A stretch of DNA of 64,000 bases from positions 60,326,001 through 60,390,000 of the forward strand of contig CM060733.1 of the NCBI GenBank assembly GCA_030704615.1. The letters are read 5' to 3'. Below, in pieces: positions 29,066 to 44,415 of this stretch. Below the pieces are notes generated by a model. It ran no database searches. It had not been told where the DNA came from and saw only the letters and a list, made by a program, of their open reading frames with translations. Source of the DNA: Takakia lepidozioides. Lineage: Eukaryota > Plantae > Bryophyta. The position numbers and the translations under genes were made by a program. Position 1 is the first letter of the stretch. The number at the start of each line of letters is the position of its first letter.

Positions 29066-31018
29066 GTGAAGATTGAACATTCATACATTCACACAGTGGG
29101 CACGTTGGAGTGTCTGTTCACTTCAGTGTAAGTGGTGATCATAATTAGATATTTTATATATGTATAGATTTGTTTGTTAGTCATGATAGGCAAGATATGA
29201 GGAGTTCAGATAGAAATAACAAAAGATGAACTAAATGTATTTAAGCAGGCCATTCAGGCCACTTATTAAAAAAACCGATTCTCTAATATGTTGTCGTTTT
29301 GTTAACAACACCCCTATCCTCTGTAACTTTCTTCACAGGCGTGCTTGATTCCACGTGGGGCTCTTCAACCTCATCTTCCTTTTCTTCTTTATCCTCTGCC
29401 ATGTTCACAAGGCTAACGCATAAGGGAACAACATAGACTGCGGTGGGGCCAACGTATGCAAGAGAGCCGAGTTTGGGAACGCAGGGTGTGGGGCGATTAG
29501 AGGGACTGCGGTACATATGGCAGCGATTAGTGCGCATCAATCAAAGCGTTGGGGTACCGACTAGGTGCTCATCACGGTGACAAAGGGTCATGCATGTCTG
29601 TAAAAATCGACGCAGGTCCTGTAAAATTCGACAACACTCTGCTCCTACTACCCCTATAGTGACAAGCATCTTTTTGCCTAAGCGTCTATTTGCAATGGCT
29701 TTGTCCCTAGCCAATGCTTTCATGGATTGCTCGCACCTTTGTTATGTTCACGACAACACACATACTTCAACAAGCTTCGAGTCGCGCACGGCTCCCGAGT
29801 GTCAATAATGAAATCTACTTCATTCATAATAAACTTGAAAATTTATCCATTTATTTTTCATAAGTTATTCAATACCAAAGATAATGATAACCTGAGAGAG
29901 GTGTTACTGGAGGCACATCAGGAACGAGTTTTCAACAAAGGAGAAGGTGACGCCTAGGGAAGGCACAACAAGGGCTTAGTGATTTTTTTTTTGACAATAA
30001 TGCGGAGTAGGAGCCAATAAATCTTTAAATTATTATGGAAATATATAAAAAATAATAAAAGAGTCAGCAGGGGGTGACGTACTGTAAAAAGATGTTGTTG
30101 CATCACGAGTTGATTCCATCCGGTCATGCTCCGGTCATTCCCCGGGTCATAATTCATCTGACCTGCTGACCGTACGATGATGGTGGGTCCATCCACCGGC
30201 CGGAATGTCTGCTTCCTGCATTGAGCTACCATTCATCCATTCATCCTTTCGCGGTCCTCGTCATCCAGGTCAAACAGTGTGGCGTTGACATTACGTAACC
30301 AAATGGATAATGATCAGTGTCAGTAGCACACATGGATGATCCCAGTCTGTGGATGAAGATGGAATCATCCAGCTGCCACCCCACGGGCGTGGCAGGGTCG
30401 CATTATCCACATCGCTTGCCGCTACTACATACTTACCTGCAACGGTCAACTGCCAAAATTATTATTTCAAAGGGCGCTTACGTGAAATGGTTAGATGGGC
30501 CCGTTCCGAACTCCGAACTCCCTATTCATCCATTTCAATACAATATAAAATGGAAGAAATGAGATTCGATGACTAGACGGGTGAGAAGATAAATGTGACG
30601 GACAAGAATTTAAAGCGCCTGGGAATCGCTCCCAGCTAGGGTTCAAATCTGGAATGCCTCGCGGCTCCTGCAAGGTTTGTTTTTATTTCGCTTGCTTTCT
30701 TCTCAATGGAATTACGTAAGTGCCTCGAGAAGAATGTTTCGATTTGTGGGTTCAAATCCGGCCACCGAGGTCGTGTGTAGTAATTAGTGCTCGAGAGAGT
30801 TTCTCATGTCGCCCTGCAGGTTGCTTTTTTTGTAATCAAAGAAAAGGTGATTTATTCGGCGGGCCTCCGTCGCCTCTTATTAGAAAAGGTGAAGAAGGGC
30901 GGTGAGGAGGGGCCGGGTGGTAGGGATTGGCCCGAGGAAGTGACGGGTCATGTGACATGCTGGCATCAACCCGGATGGAGAGTGCATCTTGGAGGTGTGG
31001 AAGAATCGGAGCAAGATC

Positions 31019-31038
31019 GAGAGAGAGAGAGAGAGAGA
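31019..31038. repeat. (GA)n microsatellite in the upstream region of the RING gene
   Basis: GA run within a purine-rich region spanning ~30880-31620. Confidence 0.8.
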
Positions 31039-31790
31039 TCTCTAGGAAGAATGTCAAGGAAGAATTTTGGACAGTTTGATGATGGGAAGATCTGTGGATT
31101 TAGTAGTGGCTGCGAGAGAGAACGGGGAGGCAAGGATTGAGAAGAAATTATGTGCATGTGGAGGTGAAGTTGCAAGGAGGTTGGATACAATTTACCTACA
31201 GGCGTAGAGGAATTTGGGAGAAATGTTGAGGCCGGGACTGTAAGCGATTGAAAGCCGTGGCGGGGGAATTAGGGAGGAGCGAGACAGAAGCGGGAAGAGA
31301 GAGGCAACAGAGGAAGAGCGGGCGTGAATTATGGTGCAAAGCACAGCGATTGAGAAAGAGCAGGTAGATTGAGAGAGAAGCCGAGGTGTGGATGGCGCGG
31401 TTTGAGTTTGGTGCATGGTGGGAACTGTGTGAATAGTGAGAAGATGTTAAGGGTGATCAGAAGATCTTCAACTTCCGGAAGGCAGATAGGGGATGGTGGT
31501 AAGGAATAAGAGACACTAGGCGTAGAGTACCTACAGGCCTCCGAAGGCTTTCCAGACACAAAGAAAGAGATGTTTAGACGGATATTTATCCGATAGAGAG
31601 GAAGGGAGATCAAGAGTATGGTTGTTGCTCGTAATTGAGAGAACGAAGCAGATCAAAGATGGCAGCGGACACCTTACAGTGGCTTGTCCTGAACTCGTCA
31701 TGTCGAATACGCAAACAGTTTCTTGGTGTTTTTTAGACAAACCAGGGCAATTCGTTGGGGTTACAACATCGTGTATCATCACAGCGCACA

Positions 31791-34700
31791 ATGTCGTGGG
31801 CCAGGCTAGCCGCGAGGCTTCAGGCGCTGGCTGCCCATAGCTTTTTGCTATGCTTCTCTTCTCTCCTTGTCGCCAAGATCTCTTCATATTTCTGCATTTC
31901 CTGGTGGTATGTACTGTCTTTCTTCCCCTTCCCTATCCCCAGCCTCTTCTCACTGCTCCATCCACTTCCTGCTTTATGGCCGCAAGTCTGTTTGCGAAGA
32001 CAGGGTGACGAGCTCGCGTCTTTCTCTCGTCCTCTCTCTAGAGTGTCTCCTTCATCCACTGTTTCACACTATTTGTTTGTAACTAGGATTTAGGAACATT
32101 GTCTGACTGTCTCCTTGTGTCTCTTTTGTCAATCGATAATGCATCGGTAGACATAGGTGGAAGTATTCAACGTGTGGTTGATTCCTTTTTCACTGGCGCC
32201 AGATCCACAATCAGTTGTTTGAAAGACATCAAAAAATTTGAAAGTCACCAATCTTTTGAATACATGCATGTCAATTGGAGAACTGTTTGAGCAGCTGGTC
32301 ATCAGATATTGCAACCAGTTGCTTCATGACCACAACTTTGGTTGTTAGTCCTTTCTTTCATTTTAGGGTAAGAGTCGTGCAAGAATGAATACATGCTGTT
32401 AAGAATGTTTGTTTGTGCAATCTAGGGCATAATTATTTATTGCAAACAGCATTCCTCTGTTCACCTCTTCAGTGCTCCCTGTAGTCATGCATTTTGTTAC
32501 CGGGTTTAACCTAGTTATTCTTATAAGAAAAGTGCCCTTGGCCTTCTCCACTGTTAATGATATCATTGGACTCCCCTCTCAACAGATCACAACATTGTTT
32601 TAAGATTTCAGTTTCATGAATTAGTACCAGACTGCTCCTTCATGAAGGGGTTGCTTAAGGTTTTGCTAATCCTTTCATGAGGCTAGAGGCAAGAAATTGG
32701 AGTCTGCTGATCATGGTTACCGTGTTTCATGACAGGTGGGTGTTTTTCCCGCTCTGGGTGTTCCATGGGATTGTTTCACGGGGCCGATTTTCTTTGCCAG
32801 CTCCTTCACCTCCCCATGACCGCCATGTACGTTCTTCACACAAGTTTGGTTTCCCATTGACTGTTTTAAGTGCAGGGTATGGTCTCATCTTGTGTTTTTT
32901 CGTGGCTGACAGTATCCTCTCCCAGTAGTGTTCTACCATTGACATGATACACATGCTCATGAGCTGAGCTGAGCTGAGAGGCAAATACTGGATGTTGCTC
33001 CCGGACACTTGGGTTTTGGGCTTAGCTTTCTAGGTGGCTCACGAAAATCCTGAAACTCAGGTGTGTAGAGACTTGACCTAAAGTGGGAGAAGAAAAGAGA
33101 GGGCAATTATCATATTTATTAGAGTTGGATAATAGGATGATCTGAGAGTACAGAGGTTTATGAGCTGTTTCCTCGTGACTGTGCAGTGGGCTCCATGCCA
33201 CACTGTGGTTGCGGTTCCACTGCTCATTGCTTTTGAGCTTCTCCTTTGCTGCTATCTTGATACGCTTGAAGGTACCTGCCCAATCCCCATTCTTGTTTAT
33301 CAGTACTAATTTCAGAGTCTAGTACAGTGATAGGAATGTATGCTGATATACTTCTTTTATGTCTCTCTGGCAAACTAGACAATCCGGCTGTGGCATTTTA
33401 GAAAACGTTACAACTTGGTATTCCAGAGATGTGGTCAAGGACAGCAGGTGCTTATGACTTGGGCTCCGAGTGGGTCCCCTTCTTTACAGAAAGTAGGGAA
33501 GGAAACGGAATGCTAGGAAAAGAAAGATGTGTATGTGAGCTGTAATGCTTCACAATAAGATGCCTAATGTGATAGACCCCCTGGGATACAAGCCCACCCG
33601 ATGTCGTGAGAAATCTCAATATGGATGCACCATAGCTATTTTGCAACTGGGTTGCTTAGTGCAAGAATTTTGTATGATACTAGTAGTGCCACCATGCCAA
33701 TATACTCATAAGACGTTGTTTGCCGTAGCCTTGTGGCCATTGACCCCACGCCCAGTTTGAGCGGGAACAAAAGGGACAGAACCTACCTCTGTCAGGGGCT
33801 GACGTTGGTAGTAAGACTTACCTTCATATATAGAATTAATCCGGGTTTTCCAGATATCCTCTACAATTCCGTTCACACAAGCATCAATCTGCTGAGTGTG
33901 ATTTGCCCAAAAACTAGGCCTCAGGAGGGCCTGGGCTTTTGGCTCAGCCTCGAGACTTTCAAAGTTGGTAAACAGGGGTACAGGCACAATTCCCTTGATA
34001 GATTTGAAGAGAGCGTCTCTTTGGTGAGAGAACCCCGGACAGTGTATCAGAAAATGAATACTGTCTTCAGATTGCCCACACAACGGGCAATTGCACTCCC
34101 CCTTCCTCTCTGCTTCTGTTTGCTGTTCAAAGGTAGGCTTCCTGCCCTGAGTTTAAATTTCAGTCTAGTGCCGAGAGTGGGTAGACCCTTGAGGTCATCC
34201 AAGATGTCCTCCCCCATGTCACTGACTGGAAACAAGTTCAGGGAAGTTTTCTGCCTAACTTCATTTTCATCAGACAATCTCATGGCAACAGACATGGCTT
34301 TGGATACTACAGCCTCTAAGTCAGATTTATGCAGCAGGGTCAAGACTTGCGGATCCAGGTCCAGGTCCTTGAGAATCTCTTCTACTCTCTTCTGCCAGGA
34401 CTTAGCCTGTTTGACAGGGCGGTCCTGTTTCCAAGATATAGAGTCGATTAACTTAGGATATCTGGTGTTGGACATATGTTGCAGCTGACCCCACCATCTG
34501 ACCTTGAATTCATCTCGTCGGGAGCTTAAGGACGGAATGCCAAACTCACCCCGAACAGCCACATTGGCTGTTTTGGAGCATGCTGACATACACTCCTTAA
34601 GCACCCCCACTTGAATGGATTCTAGAGACTTAGCCTGGTTGGAGTTATCAACCCATATTGCAGATCCGTACTCCAAGGCAGGTCTAATAACGTGACAAAG

Positions 34701-37700
34701 CATGGTTTTCTTAACCTCAGAGTTGACCCCTCTGCAGTGGAAAAATTTAGTGAGCCCCAGAGCTTTGCCCTTGCCAGTTTGAGCTACTTTCCGGATATGT
34801 GCATCCCAATTACAATTGGAGGAAAACTCAACGCCCAGGTAAGTGTAGGAAGGGAGGACCGGGATCTCTTGGCTACCCCACTGCCACTTAAGATCACTTC
34901 CTCCCTCTCCTCTGTCGTTGAATGCTACCACTGCACATTTGCTGACATTAGCCTCTAGCCCCCAAAGATCAAAGTATCTCTTCGCGCAATCAATCAACTC
35001 CTGGAGATTGGTTGGAGTCTCCCCTATGCCTGCGAAGTCATCCGCAAACATAAGGGCTGGTATGGTGGTATCACCCACCCTTAACCCAAATCCCTCACTT
35101 TCCACATCCTCAAGGAGTTGATTGATGAAAACATTGAAGAGCAGAGGGGAGAGAGTACATCCTTGAGCTACACCTTGGTCTATGTCAAAGAAATTGGACT
35201 TCTGTCCGTTAACAGTGACACAGCTTTTGGTGTGAGCATACAAGTTGTGGACAACTCTCCACATCTTTCCCTTGATCCCACAAGACCAGAGGCGGAACCA
35301 TAGGCCATCTCTCCACACTGTGTCATAAGCCTTTTTGACATCCAGGAAAAAGACATAAGTGGGTTTCCCTTCTTTTTTCCTTCCCTGGATAATCTGGCTT
35401 ACAGTGAAGATATGATCCACACAGCCCCTGTTTCGCCGAAAGCCAGCTTGGCCTTCGTGGAAACAAACTCTAGACTCCAGATCAACCTCGAGACGAGTAC
35501 TTATAACTCTGCAGAATGTCTTGCCAACAGCATTGAGGAGTGTGATGCCACGGTAGTTCCCCGGTTCTTCTCTGTCACCCTTCTTGTGTAGATTGACAAT
35601 GAGGGGATCATTTCAGTCTTCCAGATAAGGTTAAAGAGGAGAACTAGGGCCTCTATCATGGGATCGCCACCGTGCTTGATAAGCTCGTCGACAATACCAT
35701 CAGGTCCACCAGCTTTATATCCATTTAAATGTTCAATTGCTTCCACAATCTCAGAAGAACTAATGGGAGCGTTATAAGCCATTGAAATATACTCCAGTTC
35801 ATCAGGGCTGTTTTGAATCATAGGAACAGTTTTTCCAACTGTGTCCCTCCATTCAGCAGAAGACCCCTCACTGTTAGACCTAGAAGTTCTGCCAAGGATA
35901 CTGTAGTGAGTTTCAAAGGTTTTGACAATGTCAACCGATGAAGTCATCACTGCACCTTTAGTAGTCTTCAGCGCTTGTACTTGCTGACCGTTTTTCGGCT
36001 TGTACAAACGATGAAGGGCCAACCAGAATTTCTTGTAATTACCACCATGGTGGTTTGAGTTTATTTCACTGTATAACTTGTCCCAGTATAATTTCTTCTG
36101 AGACCTAACAAGCTGATTGATATCTTTACGGTACCTCGCCCACAATTCTCTGTTGGTTTTCAAATTGCAGCACTCTTTATAGAGGGCTCGTCTCTCAGCT
36201 ATCTTGAGTTTAATCTCATTGGTCCACCAATTAACAGCTCTACCGCAGACAATTAGTTTCCTCGCAATGATCTTGTCAGCCACGGAGGAAACGAAACTCT
36301 CCCAAGAGTCCACTGCTCTTTCGACTTCATTTCTTGCGTTGTCAGAGCGAGACTGAAGTTCTTGGAGCGATTGGACAAAATGAGGGAGAGCCTCTTGCAA
36401 GGCCTGGACGTACTCAGCCTTGACCTCCTCATTATGGAATTTTTCTATGCGCCACTTCCGAATCGAACGTTTCACAGATCTCTTGGTGTTGGGAAAACAC
36501 CTTTTGATCTCAGTCCAAACCAGGAAGTGGTCAGAGGTACCAAGATCAGTTCTGTCGATCAACACATTGGCACACTGGGGAAACAAATTTTTGTACATTA
36601 TGATATAGTCCACAATGGAATGTTCCCCAGTTTGGGATTTCTCACGAGTCCACTGCACTTGGTCACCTCTTGTCCTGTTATTCAAGGTCAAAAGCTGAAG
36701 CTCTTCCAGACAGTTAATTAACCGTCTGCCATTAGAATTCAGCTCGTCCTCACCAAAAGGCCCAATGATATCGTCCTGATAGGAGCCCTTTGCCCACCCG
36801 GGCATTGAAGTCACCCAATAGCACCACCTGACCTTTGGCAAGGAACGAAGCACAGTCCAGCTTTACATCTTCGAAGGCTTTGTCTGCGTCAACACTAAGG
36901 GTCCCCTCTGTGGGCATGTATACACAACCCACAAAGAGGTCCTTCGTATTCACGCCCTTCAGATTCAGTTTTAGCCAGATACTATGCTCATACCTCAAAC
37001 CCTTGTTGATAATTTCACAATTATCAAACAAGAAATCGCGGACAAAGAATCCAACCCCTTTTTGGCCGCGTTTGGCAGAGGCTGCCTTGAGAGTACACAT
37101 CTTACCCGTCCACTTATACCCATTGACATCTCCAACCAATTTATTCGGAGTTTCCCATGTCTCCTGACCAGCACAAATATGAATGTTATTGGCCTGAAGA
37201 ACTTGTGCCACTTCGAGTTGCTTCCTTTGGTTAGTCAGCCCTGAGAAATTGAAAGTACCCAGCCGCAAGCCAGCCCTTTGCATATGAATTGTTTGTCGTC
37301 TAGGTAGCTTGTGATTGCTCCTGGACGGCCAACCGTTCTGCAAAGGGGGACAGTTACCCGTGTGTAGATTTTGCTCGTCTTGTGTAAACTTTGAGAATTG
37401 GTAAACCATTCAGGGTACCAAATCCTTCAGTTACACGACGCACAGGCTCTGCACACTTAGGGACAGATTGTCCGTCTGACTGCTTGGGGACAATTACCCC
37501 GTGTATAGATTTTGCTCGTCTTGTGTAGACTTTGAGGATTGGGACAGAGAGCAGTGGGACAGATTGTACTCATAAGACGTTGTTTGCCGTAGCCTTGTGG
37601 CCATTGACCCCGCGCCCAGTTTGAGCGGGAACAAAAGGGACAGAACCTACCTCTGTCAGGGGCTGACGTTGGTGAGAGCGGTGGGACAGTGCTCATTCGA

Positions 37701-40700
37701 GGCAAACCAGAACTGCTCAATGTCAGCAGATCTCATATTAACCTGTCATAGAGAAAATGTAATGCAGAAGAGTGTTATGAAAGATGAACCAAAACCCCCT
37801 TTTCTCTTACACTTCTGTCTGAAGAGGAGATCGGAGCGGGTGGTGAGGATCCAGGAAAATTGAATCTCCTTAGACCAGATCACCTTGTTTGTAACCGGGA
37901 AATAATAGGCAAAGATATAGTGTTCAGAAAAACCTTTGCAGTTACAGAAAAACCCATTCCCTGTAGATATGAAGTCCTAACCAATGCTGATCTGTTCAGC
38001 TGTAGGTCACTTGTGAAAGATAAATGGAACCTAGAGAATTTAACAATTCTGACCATGCTGTGCAGAATTGTAGGTAGCCTCCCTAGAAATCCAAAGTCTA
38101 AGTCTTCTCGTAAGTGCAGCCAAGGGCAGTGTCTGCCCCTGTATTCATCTGATGTATACCTCAGTACCATGCAATTCCTTACTTAGTATACTTCCAGAAC
38201 ATTAGAGCTTCATGAAGGGTGGGGCCCTCACCCGCCACACTCTGACAGTGGCGGCTGGTGGGTGTGGTCCACAGTGGGTGGCAGACCAGCGATAAGCTTG
38301 AAAGTGGTGTTCCTGCCATTGCTGGCATTCCAGGCAATTGTTCTCATCGACAACTTCAGGTCGGTTTTTTCTGACCACTATCAGGTGATGAAGGGGCTTG
38401 TTGTTACCTTGCAATAAGCATATTTTGATCACATCTCTTCCAACTTCTTTATCTGAGTAATTTTGACAATCCTTGCGATTAATACTGCTGTGAGGCAAGG
38501 AGAGGGGACAAGTAAATTCCTGTATAGCTTCTGTCGTTGCATTGTATCTGTTGAGCAGTGCACACATGTTGCCAATTTTTGATAACAACATCTCTTTGGT
38601 GGATCTTTTGTGGATAGAGGATGCAGATCTGATTAGCAATGCAATTAGTTCTGTGAAAGTTGGGATTATCTATTTAGAGCTGATGGATGTGAAACTGTCT
38701 AAGGTGGACCTTGACAGCACTAACCCTAATTCTGTAGCTGTCCCTTAAAGAGCGTGCCATTTCTTCAGTTCTCAAAGAATTCATTGTAGTCTTCTTTCAA
38801 AAGGGGTCTTAGAGTGGTTGATGACGGCAGAGGCTGATGTTTGAAAGGCCGACGAGGGAATCTAATGATTGGCCAGAGCAGGATGTGCAGGGCCCTAATG
38901 CCGGGCGATGAGGAGAGCATGACTGATGAAGCCATCTGGGAAACCCTCCCTGTAAGTTCCCGTGCTGAAGTCCCTTACATCTCTCACTCTCCCCTCACTG
39001 TTGCCTCCTCTCAAAAAGAATCCCTCCTTACATTCCTTCGTCTTAGTTTTTACAGAGGTAAGGGCTAACAACTGGTAGGTGCCGTAAGCAGCGGTATCAT
39101 CTCCCGTTTCACTCTTCCTGCTTCAAACCAGCACGCGGGTGTATGCACACAGAAATATTAGTTAGAAAGGCACTATTCTTGTCTCTCTTTGGACGCTACC
39201 AACCCCTTTACATGGGCTCTCCTTGTGAGTCGTAGCAAGTTCTTTGACAGAATTGGCCTTGAATTATTTCAAAGGAAGTTTTTGGGTTTCTGAGCTTATT
39301 TCAATGGAAGGTATAAATGTTTTACCATCACAAATTGTTGGTGAGGATGAATCTCACAATAGACGACAACATTGACTTCAATATTTGACTCATTGTGCTG
39401 ATTTTGAAGGGTAGGTCATGTGAATCGCCAATATCACCTTTGACAACTATCACTAGCATAAGAATGTAGAAAGTACATGTACTTGGATTCAGTGACGGAA
39501 AATCAGATCACTGATACTAGAATGATAATTATACTCTGAATTCTGATTAATTTTGAAGTTGGATATTGCGGGACAGCATTTCTGGGTGGCAGTATCGATG
39601 GTCTTTCTCATGGCGGCCACCATGTTCACTCTGCTCAAGCTCAGCGGTAAAATTTCTCCTTGGATCCCCCCTCCTATGTTTGAGACCTCACACAAGTGAT
39701 ACAAGAGTCCACAGTGTACTCTTCAGATAAATACTCAAGGTTGAGGATCACAGTGGCCTAGTGTCCAGCTTCTTTCTGTTTTCACTCGGGTGTCTTGAGC
39801 AAGTCTTTCTGTCTCAAAGCCTTCCTGTAGGACAAGAAGATGGAGGTTGCTGACGGTTCAAGGTTGCTTGCAGGAGATGTGGGAGCTCTAGGATGGTGGG
39901 ATTTGTTCATCAACTTTGGGTATGTTAATGTTCCCTTTCTCTCCTGTGTTCAGAGTAAATGTGCACTTTCTGATATATGAACATACTTCATCATATGCTC
40001 TAAAGTTGATAGCAGAAGGGCCACGGGTGAAGCAAAATTGTAAAATTGCAACAGGACAGTAAGTGGGACAGTGCAGCTCACAAGTCACTGCTCCAAAATT
40101 CGCCATGAAAAAGACCATCGATACTGCCCAAGGACCACTCCCCCCTTCTCGCTCACCTGTTGTCCTCCCTTTTTGACTCCATACAACTGTTCACTCTGGC
40201 CTATCTCCCTCTCTCTCTCTCTCTCTCTCTCCCTCTGTCCCAGGCCCTTTTGGGGCCTAGTGATTGGGCAGCAGGTTGATGCTTGTGTAAAGGGACTTCT
40301 AGAAGATATCTGGAAAACCCGGATCAATTGTTTATTCCAAGGTAAGTCTTACGACTGGCATCAGCCCCTGACAAAGGTAGGTTCTGTCCCTTTGTGTTCT
40401 GCTCAAACTGGGTGCGGGGTTAATGGCCACAAGGCTACGGCAAACAACGTCTTATGAGTACATTCTCTCTCTCTCTCGGTTCTCCAACTTTGAAAATCTC
40501 AAGGCTGAGCCAAAAGTCCAGGCCTTTTGCTGTCTAGTTATTGGGCAAATCATGCACAGCAGATTGATGTTTTTGTAAAGGGATTTCTAGAGGATATTAG
40601 GAAAACTCGGATCAATTGTTTGTTTCAAGGTAAGTAATACTACTGGCGTCAGCCCCTGACAAAGGTAGTTTCTGTCCCTTTGTGTTCGCTCAAACTGGGT

Positions 40701-43700
40701 GTGGGGTCAATGGACACAAGGCTATGGAGAACGTCTTATGAGTACAATCTTCCTCTCTCTCGGTTTGTTGTACCTGTCCCATGATGGCCCTCTGTGGACG
40801 TTATAAAGTTTCATTCTTTCTCTGTCCCTCTGTCTCTCATCTTTGGATCTGGCAGGTCCTTCAGCATCCGCAAACTCAAAAAGGTTTCCACTCTAATTCA
40901 TACACAGCCACAGTAGCACCCACAGACACTCATAAATTTGTACCGTTGGTGGTGGTTGCAGTATTGCTGAGTGCTTTTCATTCTTAGTGTGCACCAAGTG
41001 GTCTAATCCGTCCATCCAACGCGACGGACCACCTCAACTAGGGACGGGGGGGACCTTACCAACACTATCCCTAACAACGCCATTGAGAGCAACAGAGACC
41101 ACTCACAATGGGAGCACCTCAGCAATGGAGGACGATGACAATGGGGATACCATATGTGGGCGCCAGGATCTGGGTGGTCATCTTCTGAAATTACCACTAC
41201 TTGTTTTTCAAGTAGTTCTCTGCATGAAACTGGAGGTGAGAGCCATCTAGCTGGAATCGCCACAGAATTAGGAGTTCAGTTGTGTTAGAATTGTATCCAG
41301 TGCATCTGGATCATACCCATGTTTTGCATGTCGGACACATTCTAGGACACTATGTGCTGCAGCCATTGGGGAGATCGACTTAAAATCTTTGTGTTAATCT
41401 GAGCGTCAGTGGTGGTAGCCACAAAGCCGACCTTGTTGAAGTTAATTCATGATTAGTGATGATCCACGATGTGTCTAGTTCAGAACTGTACGATATACTG
41501 GTTCGTGTCCCAGAGTCATGGTTTTTCCTCTGGTATCCACTGGAGTAACAGGAGTATGGGCCTAGGCTCGAGTGAAAATGCTTTATTGTGGAGTGTGAAA
41601 ACAGGGAACACCATCGAAGGCGCGGGACATCCCTGTGGGTGTGTTATTTGCACCATTGCTACTGGTTCAGGGTGTGGCTGTTGGTTGTGCATTACTAAGA
41701 CTGCTAGAGCAGCTCTGGTATATGCTTCGTCTCTCTGAGACAAATGGTGCCCGCCAGCTTGTTTTCTTTGCGAAGGCGTATGATTGTTGTGGCTTTCTCC
41801 ATCACGGTTCACGGTATCCAACTTCCTGAATCTAGAAGCTCTGCTATGTGTCACATCTTTTGTGCATGTGCTAGAGCAGATGTTTAACCGTACGGTATGG
41901 ACTATTATGAAAGTAATGTGAAAGGGGGTATTGTTGACTTGTAGACATCTGCTGTTTTTTTTTCAAAGCGCTGATGTGCCATCTGGTGACTTACGTTGGT
42001 TGCAGGCTACTTGGATGGTGGTCTATAGATGAGACTAGTAGGGAAGAGCATGCCCGCCTCTTCCAGTCAGATGCTACCAGGTATTATCTGTTGGCTATAT
42101 TTATTTCCAGCCATGGGAGGATGAGAGTGTTCAGCAACAGACTATTCCCTACTTATTTTGAGGGAAAGTCTTGCAGTCCCATCAGGTTATCAAACCCTCC
42201 TGAAGCCAGTTGTGGGGACTCTACACACTAGGGGAAAAAAAGGCTGTTGCCTGCATTGATGCTTAAGCCCCCTAAATGTTGGCTGACTCTGCCAGTCACC
42301 CAATATCTGGAGGGTGTAGACGGGCTCATGATCAAACTGAACATGATTTCACTTTCACATAGAAGGACATGGAGATTCATAGCACATCACCCTACCGCCT
42401 TTTCAGGCACCATCCCACAGCAACACAGCTACTCACTTCTCAGTATGGCAGTTTTTGAGGACACATAGCTCCTACCCCAAACCAGTTGCTAGGATTCCTG
42501 ACTTACTGAAAAAGTAGTAAAAAGATAAGATTTGTAAGCCACGCAAATGTACTAGAGAGGGAGGGTGGATGGGGATTATACTCACCACATTGGAGCTGTT
42601 GGTGCTTACTTGGCAACTGCTGACATAGTAACATCACCCTAACCCAGAAGGATGGGAGGCTGAGCTTAGTAACTAAACAAAAATCCAAATGGTGGATAGT
42701 ATCCATGGATATTAAGTCTTAGTTTCGGTATTAAACACTGTCAGATTCCCTAAAAACTCCCTGTCCAAATTAATGGGACTACCTTAGTGAGGGGCTTACT
42801 CCAGTAGTGGGACTACACAGATATGTACTCATAAGCCGTTGTTTGCCATAGCCTTGTGGCCATAGACCCCGTCCCCAGTTTGCGTGGAACAAAAGGGAAG
42901 AGATACTACCTTTGTGAGGGGATCACTCCGGTAGTGTGTTAATGGAGACATTTACTTCAGGGTTTCCAGACATCCTCTAGAAAGCCCTTCACACAAGCAT
43001 CAACTTGCTGTGTGTGAACTGCGCAGCAATTAGACCCCAACAGGGCCATGGCTTTTAGGCTCAGCCTCAAAATTCTCTAAGTTGGTGAGAGGTGCAGGGG
43101 CAATGTTCTTGATGATCCTGAAGAGGGTCACTGTCTGGTGAGGATATCCCGGACAATGTATCAAAAAATGGATATTGCCCTGAGTTTAAATTTCAGTCTA
43201 GTGCCTAGGCTAGTTAGGCCCTTGAGATCATCCTTAAGGTCCTCGCCCATGTCACTGACTCGAAACAATCAGGGAAGTTCTTACACCTACCTTCATTTTC
43301 ATCGGACAGTCTTTGGGCATCGGACATGGTTTTGGACACAACCCCCTCCAGGTCAGCTTCATCCAGGAGGGTCAAGTCTTCAGGACTAATGTTCAGAGAC
43401 TTGAAATCTCTTCTACCCTTTTCCGCCAAGACTTGGTGTTTTAACAGGACAGTCTTACTTCCAAGAAATGGTGTCGATTATCTTAGGGTATCTGGTATTA
43501 GGCATGCCTTTCAACTGGCCCCACTATCTAACCTTGATTTCAGTACGTTGAGAGCTTAAGAGAGGTATGCCAAACTCGCCCCGAACAGGCACATTAGCTG
43601 TTCTAGAACAAGCTGTCATACTTTCTTTGAGCACCATGACCTGAATGGATTCTAGAGATTTAGCACGGTTGGAACTGTCAACCCGCACAGCAGAGAGAGA

Positions 43701-44384
43701 GAGAGAGAGTTTGCTAACAACTGAAGGCTGTCCACTTTGTTGCAGCTACAATACTTTCAGTGGGCTTGCCCCGGAGGTCGTAAAGAAAATGGCAAGAAAG
43801 GACCTGGCAGAAGAGGTAAGAGTGTGTGCTAAGAAGGGACTACCCATTTTTTAACTTTGGCTTTGACTGGCATGGAATGTTCATCCACTATTGAATGCTA
43901 ACATGTTAGATGTGGATGTGTGTGTGGGTGCCATAGGTGTGGAGATTGCAGGCAGCCCTTGGAGAGCAGGCTGAAATCACCAAACAGCAGCAGCAGGAAT
44001 TTGATTGTCTTCAAAATGTAACTGTTGGTGTTCTTTGGTCTCTCCTCTTTGTTGACTGACGTTGTATAGAGGTTGAAGTAAAGTTTTGTTCTGTACTGAC
44101 TCTGTCCTTGGGCTGCAGGAGAAGGTGCTGTGCCGGGTTTGTTTTGAAAGGGACATTGCAGTGGTGCTCATGCCTTGCCGGCATCGTATTCTTTGCGGGT
44201 TAGTGTGTGCATGTGTCTCTCTCTCCTGTCTATTTGAGACTTGTGTTCCTTGAGGCCTCGTGTTACACATAAGAATTTCTTTCTTCCTATCATTCTTTCT
44301 GTGTGTGTGTGTGTGTGCGTGTTTCGCGCAAACTGGGCGCGGGGTCAATGGCCACAAGGCTATGGCAAACGTCGTCTGATGAGT

Positions 44385-44415
<31 letters not shown>

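Noticed and set aside
29283-29810. Short minus-strand ORFs with an acidic tail
   Set aside because: No recognisable domain or consistent splice structure; probably TE debris.
30635-30770. tRNA genes suggested by two GGTTCAAATC B-box-like motifs
   Set aside because: No A box at suitable spacing and no cloverleaf.
33733-34488. 251-aa plus-strand ORF and similar antisense ORFs over the LINE copies
   Set aside because: These are shadow frames of the RT ORF; the equivalent region in copy B is split across frames.
44365-44390. Hammerhead ribozyme core (CTGATGAG) at a LINE 3' end
   Set aside because: It occurs in one copy only (family consensus is CTTATGAG), with no stem II or GAAA partner.
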